The notes below the pieces were generated by a model. The model saw nothing but the letters and a program-made list of their open reading frames with translations, had not been told where the DNA came from and searched no databases. A stretch of DNA of 64,000 bases from an uncultured Chloroflexia bacterium (GTDB taxonomy: Bacteria; Chloroflexota; Limnocylindria; Limnocylindrales; CSP1-4): positions 736,001-800,000 of the forward strand of contig CAWEZH010000003.1 in the NCBI GenBank assembly GCA_963813535.1, written 5' to 3'. Below, piece after piece: positions 18,788 to 27,439 of the stretch (positions within the stretch are counted from its first letter, which is position 1; every line of letters starts with the position of its first letter). The position numbers and the translations under genes were made by a program.

Positions 18788-21700
18788 CTGAGCGACGACG
18801 GTAGCGGTTATCCGATCCAGTTCGCGAAGGTGCAGCGTCCCGCACTCCGCGATGAGACGCTCGAGCGCCCCCGGCTCCTCGACTGGCTGCGCGCCAAGGT
18901 CCACGGGAGGGTCGTCCTGATCCTCGCCGACGCGGGTTACGGCAAGACGACCCTCCTCGCCGACTTTTCGCGCCGGACCCGGATGCGCACGCTCTGGTAC
19001 CGGCTCGATCCCGACGATCGCGACTGGGTCACGTTGCTTCACCACCTCGTCGCCGCCGGTCGGGAGCATGACCCGACCTTCGCTCCGGCGACCGCCGCGT
19101 GCCTCGCCGAGGTCGGAACGGCCGGAACGACACGCGAATTCGCGGTCTCGACCTTCGTCGGGGAGCTCCCGACCATCGCCTCGTCGGGAGCCGTGCTGAT
19201 CTTCGACGACTTCCACCTCGTCGACGACGCACCTGACGTGCGCTACATTGCGCGCGAGCTCGTGGCTCGTGCACCCGAGCGCCTCACGATCGCGTTCGCG
19301 AGCAGACGGGCACCGACGGTGCCGCTATCCAGGTTGCGAACCGTGGGTGACGTGGCCGAGCTCGGCACCGACGACCTGCGATTCGACGCCACCGAAACGG
19401 CGCAACTGTTCACCGAGACGTACGGCCGACAGCTGGATCCCGACGTCCTCGAGGACCTCGCCGCGCGGACGGAAGGGTGGATCGCGTCACTCCAACTCGT
19501 GCAGGCGGCACTCCGGGACCGCACGCCGGGCGAGATCCGTCGCTTCGTGCGAACCCTGAACGGAGCGGACCACGACCTCTACGACTACCTGGCAGAGGAG
19601 GTCGTCGGCGACCTCGACGACGAGCTCCAACGGTTCCTGATGGAGACGTCGATCCTCCAGGTCGTGACACCCGAGTTGGCTGAGGTCGTGTCGGGTCGCG
19701 ACGCGGTCGACGTCGCTCGGCTGACGACCGTGGCCGAGCGGCTCACCCTGCTTGGACGGCTGTCTGGCGCTCCGCGGACCCATCAGCGGTATCACCCCCT
19801 GGTCCGCGGCTTCCTCGAGGCAAGACTTCGGTCGACCGACGGTCCCGAGGCGGTCGCAGGGCTTCACCGTCGTGCTGCGGCAGCCGCGGCCGGGACGGAC
19901 TGGAAGGTGGCGGCCCACCACTACCGGGAGGCCGGCGACACCGAGGCGATGCTCGGCGTCGTGGCGGGCGCGATCCCGACGATCATGGGCAATGGACAAT
20001 ACGCCCTCGCCGAGGGCTTCATCGGCCCGATCTCGGCCGACCGCCGCCCGCTGGGCTTCGACCTGATCCTGAGCCGCGTCGACATGCAGCAGGGCGACTA
20101 CGAGGCGGCGATCGCTGCGAGCCAAGCGGTCCTCGACTCGGGCATCACCGACCCAGTCCAACGCGATCACGCACTGCTCAACCTACGTGACACTCGCCAC
20201 CAACTATGGCGACGGTGATCGAGCCATGGCCTTGGCAAAGGAGTTGAGCGCAACTGCTTCTGATCCGAACCTTCGGGCAATTGCAGACGTGTCAGCCCGC
20301 ATCCTGTCGGTCCAAACGGAGAGTGATCTGAGGCGGTTAACAGGCGGTTGAGAACGATGGCCCAGGCGCAACGTGAGACGAGATCGCATCACTTCGGGGT
20401 CACGATGCTCAATCTTGCGCTGAATTCCCTCGTGCAGGACCGCGTCTACGACTCTTTGGCAGAAGCGACTGAAGCCTTGGAGGCATTGGGTTCGACATCG
20501 GGCCTCGTCGAGCAGTCTGCCGCCCGAGTACTCCTCGCATCTATCTGCCTACGACTTGGGCGGCCATGAGGCGGCCGAGAAATACATCGACGAACTCGGA
20601 TATGGCGCGAAGACATACATTCCAAATGAGGCCTTCGCCGATGCGGCTGGCGCATGCGACTCGTACGGATCCCGACTGTTGGCCACGAGATGCCTCGGTC
20701 GAATCGGCGATTCCTCCATTCACACTCGTGCTGACAGGCGAAATCCTGGCAATCACGCGTGCCCGGATGGCCATTCGTAGCCGTGACGCCGCAGCCGCGG
20801 AGCATGAACTCGAGGGGTATCCGGACGGTGTCCCCACCACGGTCGGCGCCATCGCTGAACTTCAACAGGTGCGCGCCCACCTCGGATTGATCGCGCGGCG
20901 ATCCGAGAGCCGGGAGGTTGTTGGAAGAGGCGTCGTCGACGGCCATCGGCCAAGGCGCCACCGCGATGCGCCGCGTGTGTGACCTTCTCATCGCCGCAAG
21001 TCACGGAGCTGAGGAACTATCCAAAGCCTGTGTTGTCATTGGCCAGTCCACGCCGTGGCATCTGAGCTTTGTCGCGGAGGACATCGTCCCGTCCCTCGAG
21101 CAACTGACAGCGGAAGCGCGATTGGTAGTCGAAGGAGCCGCAAACCTACATCGTGAGCGGTGGCGGACCGCGCTGCGGCAAAGCCTTGACTTCGACATAT
21201 CGACCCAATATCGAGGCAGCGCGCTTGTTGGAGCAGGTGGGCGATCGCTCGGATATCTCGCGACTCCGAGGGATCGCGAGGTCGGCGAGAAGGCGGCCCG
21301 ATGCGGCAGGTCTTGGACGACAGTTGTCGCGGCGACTCGCTGACCGCGTGTATGTCGAGGACCAGGGTCGGATTGCGATCGAAATCGGGGGCCGCGCCGT
21401 CCTGGGTTCGACGGTTCGCCGCAAGGTTCTCGCGATGCTGTCGTACCTAATTACCCGCCCTGAACTCTCAGCCACTCGAGATCAAGTACTCGACGCCATG
21501 TGGCCGGAGCTCGACCCGGAGGTCGCGGTCAACTCTCTCAATCAGACGATCTATTTCCTGCGGAGGGTGCTGGAAGAGAATTACTCGGACGACTTGTCGC
21601 CAGGCTACGTTCACCACGACTCCGACGTGGTGTGGCTCGATGCTGAACTCGTCTCCAGCCGGAGCGTGGAATGCCGGCGAGCTAATTCGGGAGTTTCCGG

Positions 21701-22059
21701 CACGGCCGACTCCGGACGACGTGGAGCGGCTCACGCTCCTCTATCGCGGCCGCTTTGCGCTCGACTTCGAGTACGAGGAGTGGGCTGCCGCGTATCGCGA
21801 CAACCTCCACGCGACATACCTAGAGATAGTCGAGAGGTCCGTGCTGGATGACTTCAGATCGGGCCACTACGACCGAGGGATCACGATCGCGCGGCGAGCC
21901 CTCGAGGTCGACCCAAGCGCAGAGCAAATCGAGGCATGCCTGCTTCGTCTGTACCGCGTAACGGGAGCTCATGCGGCGGCCGCGGAGCAGTACGCCCACT
22001 ACGCAGCGGTGATGCGCGAAGAGGTCGGAGTTGAGCCTCCGCCGCTCGAGACCCTATAG
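18788..22059 (+). CDS. MalT-like STAND ATPase-TPR regulator with C-terminal wHTH/BTAD, broken by ~7 frameshifts (error or pseudogene)
   Basis: ADAGYGKTTLL, LIFDDFH, TEGW, YHPL in 18614-20218; DAMWPELD...NSLNQTIYFLRRVL, LYRGRFA...EEW, ALEVDPSAE, VGVEP in downstream frames; start uncertain. Confidence 0.8.
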
Positions 22060-22079
22060 GGGATAGGTAAGGTGCCGTA

Positions 22080-22109
22080 TTGACCGGTTTACTTAGCCAT
22101 CCCTACAGT
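22080..22109 (+). promoter_or_regulatory. sigma70-type promoter for the riboswitch-peptide operon
   Basis: TTGACC-N18-TACAGT. Confidence 0.6.
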
Positions 22110-22153
22110 CCGGGCACTTGCTAGTACCCCAGTACTAGGAAGAAACGTCAAGA

Positions 22154-22228
22154 CGCTCGGACGCGGCGATGTCTCACCTGAAATGGGCACTTAGGGTGAG
22201 GCGGAGCGACTAGTGCAACCGACCGACT
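22154..22228 (+). ncRNA. Cyclic di-GMP-II riboswitch
   Basis: TCGGA...GATG-stem(GTCTCACCTG/TAGGGTGAGGC)-AAATGGGCACTT loop-GGAGC-TAGTGCAACCGACCGA; GCAC/GTGC pseudoknot; matches the class-II consensus as recalled. Confidence 0.9.
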
Positions 22229-22247
22229 TTCAGTCAGGTCGGTTTTC
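22217..22247 (+). terminator. Riboswitch expression-platform terminator
   Basis: AACCGACC-GAC-TTTCA-GTC-A-GGTCGGTT-TT; the 5' arm overlaps the aptamer 3' strand. Confidence 0.75.
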
Positions 22248-22343
22248 GTGTTCCCCAGAGCACGAAGGCCGCGAAGGAGGAACGCCCGTGGCTCCCGAGT
22301 CCGCCAAGGCCTGGTAGGCGAGTCCCAGCGATGAGGGACCGAA

Positions 22344-22421
22344 TTGGTGCGCATCCTCGTTGCGCTCTCGAGCGTGGCGATGATCGCCCTGGCTGGAGGG
22401 GCTTCTCTTAGAGGCTTCTAG
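22344..22421 (+). CDS. Unannotated small peptide precursor MVRILVALSSVAMIALAGGASLRGF
   Basis: TTG/GTG start after GAGGGA, TAG at 22419-21; hydrophobic leader + GGA + short core; lies between the riboswitch and the HD-GYP gene. Confidence 0.75.
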   Translation: MVRILVALSSVAMIALAGGASLRGF

Positions 22422-22489
22422 TACTGATGGCCCATTACCTCACTCGCGGCGCTGGCCGTAGAGTGAGGAAAGAGGCCGATCAGGTAACG

Positions 22490-23896
22490 ATGCCCAAGTC
22501 CCTCAAGCTTTACGTCGCAGTTGTCGTGGTCATCGGCGCCTTGGCGCTGGTGGCCGCGACTTTCGTGTTCCCGCCGAAACCCGGCATCGCGATCGATCTG
22601 CCGGGTTCTACTGGCAGCCCGACGACGCCTGAATACGCGCTGGGCGTGCTGTATTGGATCGCGCTCACGCTAATCGGATCTGCATTTCCAGTTCAGCTTC
22701 CCCGGGGCACCCAACAGGCGGTCGGAATCGCCCCGATCATGGGGTCGCTGTTCCTCGGCGGACCCGCGGTGGCCGGCTGGGTGGCTGCGATCGGGACGAC
22801 AGAGCTTCGCGAACTCAGAGGTCGTATTCCCTGGTACGGGACCCTGGCAAATCATGCGGCGCTGGTGCTGCCGGCAATCGTCGCGGGCAGCGTTCGCGAA
22901 GGACTGCTTGTGCTCGGTGCGCGGCGTGGCGTGGGACTTCGCTGTCCGGAATGGTCGCCGCTTTTGTGTTTATCGCCGGGAACCTCGCGCTGGTCTCATC
23001 TGGCACTTGGCCTTCGGACCGGACAGTCACCGAGGGCCGTACTCCTTGGGGACATCCGCGGAATCACAGGCGGGGTTATTGCCCTTGCGCCTCTCTCCTG
23101 GCTAATGACTGTCGTCTATGCCGTCCAGTGGTGGGCCACCGCCCTGTTCGCCGTTCCCCTGTATTCGACCCGGCTGGCGTACGCGCGCTTCATCGAGATG
23201 CGCGAGATGTTCACCCAGACGATCGGTGCGCTCGCCGAGGCCGTCGACAAGCGCGACCCGTTCACGGCCAAGCACAGCCATCGGGTGAAGGAGATCGCGG
23301 TCGACATCGGCCGCGTGATGCACGTGACCGACGCGGAGCTGGAAGCGCTCGAGTGGGGCGGCCTGCTGCACGACGTCGGCAAGATCGGCGTCCCGGATCG
23401 CGTCCTGCTCAAGCAGGAGCGCCTGAACAAGGACGAGCGGATGATCATGAACGCGCACCCGGTCCTCGGTGCGCAGATCATCGCCCCGGTCACGAAGCTC
23501 GCTCCGGAGCTTCCGATCATCCGCCACCACCACGAGTGGTACAACGGCTCGGGCTATCCGGACCGCCTGATCGGCGACGAGATCCCCAAGCTCGCCCGCA
23601 TCCTCCACGTGGCCGACGCATTCGAGGCGATGACCGCCGCCCGCCCCTACCGGATGACCCCGCTGACGGCGGAGCAGGCGCTCGCCGAGCTGCGCAAGTT
23701 CGCCGGCATCCAGTTCGACCCGGTCGTGGTCGACGCCTTCGTCAACACCCACCACGTCGAGGGCGTCCAGGATCCGGGCCGCACCGTCCAGCCGCGGCCG
23801 ATCCCGCTCCTCGGCCAGGCTGCCGCCACCCGGCTGGCCGACCCACCCGCCACCGGCACGATGCCGTCCACCGCCAAGGCACCCGAGCAAGTCTGA
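22490..23896 (+). CDS. Membrane-sensor HD-GYP cyclic-di-GMP phosphodiesterase
   Basis: N-terminal multi-TM region; HS.RV, HDVGKIG, HHHEWYNGSGYP, ADAFEAMT..RPYR; probable compensating indels at 22920-23000. Confidence 0.92.
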   Translation: MPKSLKLYVAVVVVIGALALVAATFVFPPKPGIAIDLPGSTGSPTTPEYALGVLYWIALTLIGSAFPVQLPRGTQQAVGIAPIMGSLFLGGPAVAGWVAAIGTTELRELRGRIPWYGTLANHAALVLPAIVAGSVREGLLVLGARRGVGLRCPEWSPLLCLSPGTSRWSHLALGLRTGQSPRAVLLGDIRGITGGVIALAPLSWLMTVVYAVQWWATALFAVPLYSTRLAYARFIEMREMFTQTIGALAEAVDKRDPFTAKHSHRVKEIAVDIGRVMHVTDAELEALEWGGLLHDVGKIGVPDRVLLKQERLNKDERMIMNAHPVLGAQIIAPVTKLAPELPIIRHHHEWYNGSGYPDRLIGDEIPKLARILHVADAFEAMTAARPYRMTPLTAEQALAELRKFAGIQFDPVVVDAFVNTHHVEGVQDPGRTVQPRPIPLLGQAAATRLADPPATGTMPSTAKAPEQV

Positions 23897-23929
23897 CGAA
23901 GCGGGAGCCCGCTCCAGCATCATGACGCG

Positions 23930-25957
23930 ATGCTGATCGGCGGGATCCTCCTCGGCCTGCTCCTCGGCCTTCTCGCCGGCGGAAGCCTCCGGAACCTCGC
24001 CGAGATCCGGCTCCGCTGGACCGGGCTGCTCGTCGCCGCCGTGGTCATCCGGTTCGCGACCGAAGCCGCGCTCGACGCCCAGATCGGTGCCGTCGAGGCG
24101 CTCCGGCTGCCGCTGCTCGCCAGCGCGTTCGGGATGCTGCTCGTCACGCTCTGGGTCAACCGGTCGTACCCGGGCCTGAGCCTGGCGTTCCTGGGCGTCC
24201 TGGCGAACGCGCTCGTGATCCTCGCGAACGGCGGGTACATGCCGATCTGGGCGCCGGCGCTTGCCGCCGCCGGTCTGACCGAGGCGGACGTCAACCGCGC
24301 GTTCCACACGATCGTCGACGCCGGAGCGTCCGACTTCCTCGGTCGATTGCTGATCCTCGGGGACGTCATCCCGGTGCCGGTCGACGTCATCCGAAACGTC
24401 TACTCGCTTGGCGACCTGTTCCTGACACTCGGCCTCGCATTCTTCCTGTTCGCCGGGGTCGTGCGCGTCCCGTCGGTCATCGAGGAGGAGGAAGACGCGG
24501 AGCTCCGGCGTCGCCTCGCCGCCGAGCAGGCGGGACAGGGGAGTCGATCGGGCCTCGCCCCGGGTCTGGAACGGACCGCGGCGCTCCAGCGGCCGACCGT
24601 GCTCGGCGCCGGCCGTCCGCGGCTGGCCGGACCGAGCGCCAACCCGGTCGCGGAGACGCCACCGCCGCGCGGCGCGATCGCGATCCCGGGGCTCACCCCG
24701 GATGTCCTCGCTCGCCTCCGACGCCATCCGTATGTCCGCCTCGCGCTCAACGGGTCGTTCAGCGCACTGTGGTCCGGCCAGCTGATCTCGTTGTTCGGCG
24801 ACCGGGTCCACCAGGTGGCGATCGCGGCGATCGTGTTCGTCCTGACCGACTCGCCGATCGCGGTCGCCCTGGTGTTCGTCGCGGCGACGCTCCCCAACCT
24901 GGTGTTCGGGCCGATCGCGGGGACCTTCGTCGATCGCTGGGACCACCGCGAGGTCCTGGTCGTGAGCGACATCCTGCGTGCCGCGGTCGTCTTCGTGATG
25001 CCGATCGTAGCCTCGCTGAACATCTGGCTGGTCTATCCGCTCGCGTTCCTCCTGACCACGATCTCGATCTTCTTCCGGCCCGCGCGGGTCGCGATCCTGC
25101 CCCGGCTCGTGCGGGAGGACGAGCTGCTCACCGCGAACTCGGCGCTCTGGATCGGGGAGACGTTGGTGGACGTCATCGGCTTCCCGCTGGCCGGGCTGTT
25201 CGTGGCGCTCGTCGCCGACGCAGTGTCGATCGCGTTCTGGTTCGACGGCGCAACCTACCTCGCCTCGGCGCTCCTGCTGAGCACGCTCATCCCGCGGCCG
25301 GTCCGTACCGAGGCTCCGACTGGTGCGACCGCCGGCGCGACGACGGGCGGGTTCCGTGCGGAACTCATGGAGGGCTGGCGGTTCCTGCGCAACGACGCCG
25401 TGCTGCTCGCGAATACGCTCCAGGCCGTGGTCGCCCAGCTCACGATCGGCGTCCTCTTCGGTCAGACGATCGTCTACGCGGAACGGGTGTTCGGGCCGCA
25501 GGGCTACAACGGGCTCGCCGTCTACGGCTTCATCGAGGGCAGCCAGGGCGCCGGCAACCTCATCGGCGGGTTCGTGATCGGTCTGGTCGGCGCCGGACTG
25601 GCGAAGGGCAAGTTGATCATCGCCGGCTACACGGTCTTCGGCCTGTTGACCACCGCGATGGCGCTGTCAGGCGACCTCGCCGTCGTCCTGGCCATGGCCT
25701 TCGGCATCGGCATCGCCAACATGGTCTTCATCATCCCGAGCCAGACGCTGTTCCAGGAGCGCACACCGGGCAATCTCATCGGCCGGGTCGTGAGCTTCCG
25801 GTTCTCGCTGGTGTCCGGCGCGATGACGCTGTCGATCGGGCTCGGCGGCGTGCTTTCCGAAGCCATCGGCGTGACAACGACCATCGCGGCGTTCGGCATC
25901 GTCACCGCGGTGGCCGGCATCGCCGGCTGGTTCGTGCCGGCAGTCCGCGAAGCGTGA
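23930..25957 (+). CDS. DUF5317-like membrane domain fused to an MFS (DHA3/EntS-like) transporter
   Basis: GGSLRNL..IRLRW, N..VILANGGYMP, LGDVIP, YSLGD in aa 1-180; LWSGQLISLFGD, GTFVDRWD, VVSDILRA in the MFS part. Confidence 0.85.
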   Translation: MLIGGILLGLLLGLLAGGSLRNLAEIRLRWTGLLVAAVVIRFATEAALDAQIGAVEALRLPLLASAFGMLLVTLWVNRSYPGLSLAFLGVLANALVILANGGYMPIWAPALAAAGLTEADVNRAFHTIVDAGASDFLGRLLILGDVIPVPVDVIRNVYSLGDLFLTLGLAFFLFAGVVRVPSVIEEEEDAELRRRLAAEQAGQGSRSGLAPGLERTAALQRPTVLGAGRPRLAGPSANPVAETPPPRGAIAIPGLTPDVLARLRRHPYVRLALNGSFSALWSGQLISLFGDRVHQVAIAAIVFVLTDSPIAVALVFVAATLPNLVFGPIAGTFVDRWDHREVLVVSDILRAAVVFVMPIVASLNIWLVYPLAFLLTTISIFFRPARVAILPRLVREDELLTANSALWIGETLVDVIGFPLAGLFVALVADAVSIAFWFDGATYLASALLLSTLIPRPVRTEAPTGATAGATTGGFRAELMEGWRFLRNDAVLLANTLQAVVAQLTIGVLFGQTIVYAERVFGPQGYNGLAVYGFIEGSQGAGNLIGGFVIGLVGAGLAKGKLIIAGYTVFGLLTTAMALSGDLAVVLAMAFGIGIANMVFIIPSQTLFQERTPGNLIGRVVSFRFSLVSGAMTLSIGLGGVLSEAIGVTTTIAAFGIVTAVAGIAGWFVPAVREA

Positions 25958-26039
25958 CCGGCTATCGGGTATCCTGTCGGCCGCCCCACGGCGCGCGATC
26001 CGACGGCGCGCGACCAGCTCCAGGAGCGATGACACTTCC

Positions 26040-26675
26040 GTGACCGAGCCCCGTGACCGCTCGCCCGACGAGCCGCTCGAGCCGACCGATGACGAGGCAC
26101 CCGAGGAGGCCGTCGCGGCCGACGCGCCCGACGATCGGGCGCCGAGCGACGCTAGCGACATCGACGCCGAAACGAGCGACGCCGACGTCGACAAGATCGA
26201 CGACGAGCTGCTCGACGATGCCGAGGCTGACGCCGAGAGCGACGCCATCGAGGTCGACGATTACGAAGCGGCCCTCCGTGAGGTCGCAGGCGAGGCGCCG
26301 CCGGTCGCCGACGCCCCACGGCCGTCGTCCACGAAGCGACGCGGCGAGACGAAGGCACCAGCTCGCGCACCGACACCGTCCGAGGTCGCGGTCCACATCC
26401 GGGAGGACGTCTCGAAGGTGTACGTCCTGGTCGCGGTCGGCGTCTTCGTGCTGATCCTGCTCAACGCCTTGCTCTTCGGAACGGGCGGGTTGCTGCGGCC
26501 GCTACCGACTCCGACACCGAGCGCCAGCGAGAGCCCCAGCGCCAGCCCGGGCGCATCGGCGTCCGGGAGCCCGGGCGCATCCCCGTCGGACAGCGCCGCA
26601 CCGTCGCCGAGCGCCGCCCCGTCGCCCAGCGCAGCACCGTCGCCCAGCGCCGCACCGTCGCCCAGCGCCTCGTAG
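26040..26675 (+). CDS. Acidic single-TM protein with a Ser/Pro/Ala-rich C-terminal tail
   Basis: D/E-rich N-terminus, TM helix, (SAAPSP)4. Confidence 0.75.
   Translation: MTEPRDRSPDEPLEPTDDEAPEEAVAADAPDDRAPSDASDIDAETSDADVDKIDDELLDDAEADAESDAIEVDDYEAALREVAGEAPPVADAPRPSSTKRRGETKAPARAPTPSEVAVHIREDVSKVYVLVAVGVFVLILLNALLFGTGGLLRPLPTPTPSASESPSASPGASASGSPGASPSDSAAPSPSAAPSPSAAPSPSAAPSPSAS
26592..26663 (+). repeat. 4 x 18-bp coding tandem repeat (SAAPSP)
   Basis: AGCGCNGCNCCGTCGCCS x4. Confidence 0.9.
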
Positions 26676-26718
26676 CGGGGCAATCCCCGGGCTGGCACCG
26701 GCGGCTACTCTCTGCCCC

Positions 26719-27402
26719 ATGGGCGCTGACGAGGATCGGCGGCGCATGGTCCAGGACCAGCTGCGGGATCGAGGCATCCGCGACGAGCGGGTGCTCACCG
26801 CGATGACCGACGTGCCCCGCGAGCAGTTCCTGGACGTGGGCCACCAGAACCGTGCGTACGCCGACGAGGCTGTGCCGATCGATGCCGGCCAGACGATCAG
26901 CCAGCCGTGGGTCGTCGCGCGGATGACCGAGCTCCTGGCGCCGCAGCCGGGCGAGCGCATCCTCGAGCTGGGCACGGGCTCCGGATATCAGGCTGCCATC
27001 CTCGCCGCGCTCGGCGCAGACGTGACGAGCCTGGAGCGACACGCCGTGCTGGCCTCGACGGCGCGCGACCGGATCGACCGGCTCGAGTTGCCGGGCACGG
27101 TCACGATCCGGACGACCGACGGCAGCCTCGGTGATCCGGCCGGCGGACCGTGGGACGGGATCATCGTCACGGCCGCCGCCCCGTCCATCCCGACGGAGCT
27201 GCGGGAGCAGCTGGCGGAGGGCGGTCGCCTCGTCATCCCGGTCGGGCCCCGCGACCATCAGGTCCTGACGCTCGTGGTCCGTCGGGGCGACGACTGGCGC
27301 GACACACCGCATGGCGCCGTCGTCTTCGTGCCCCTCATCGGCGAGGGCGGCTTCCCCGACGACGGACGGTCGGGACGCAACGGATTCCGTCGCTGGTTCT
27401 GA
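26719..27402 (+). CDS. pcm: Protein-L-isoaspartate O-methyltransferase
   Basis: GQTISQP, LELGTGSGYQAA, GGRLVIPVG, FVPLIG. Confidence 0.95.
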   Translation: MGADEDRRRMVQDQLRDRGIRDERVLTAMTDVPREQFLDVGHQNRAYADEAVPIDAGQTISQPWVVARMTELLAPQPGERILELGTGSGYQAAILAALGADVTSLERHAVLASTARDRIDRLELPGTVTIRTTDGSLGDPAGGPWDGIIVTAAAPSIPTELREQLAEGGRLVIPVGPRDHQVLTLVVRRGDDWRDTPHGAVVFVPLIGEGGFPDDGRSGRNGFRRWF

Positions 27403-27439
27403 GTCCGGGCGGGGTGACGCTCGGTATACTCGGCCGGCC

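Noticed and set aside
20180-23160. Mobile element as the cause of the low-GC patch
   Set aside because: No integrase, transposase, terminal repeats or tRNA; the boundaries fall inside genes
26592-26663. CRISPR-like repeats
   Set aside because: In-frame coding tandem repeats without spacers; no cas genes
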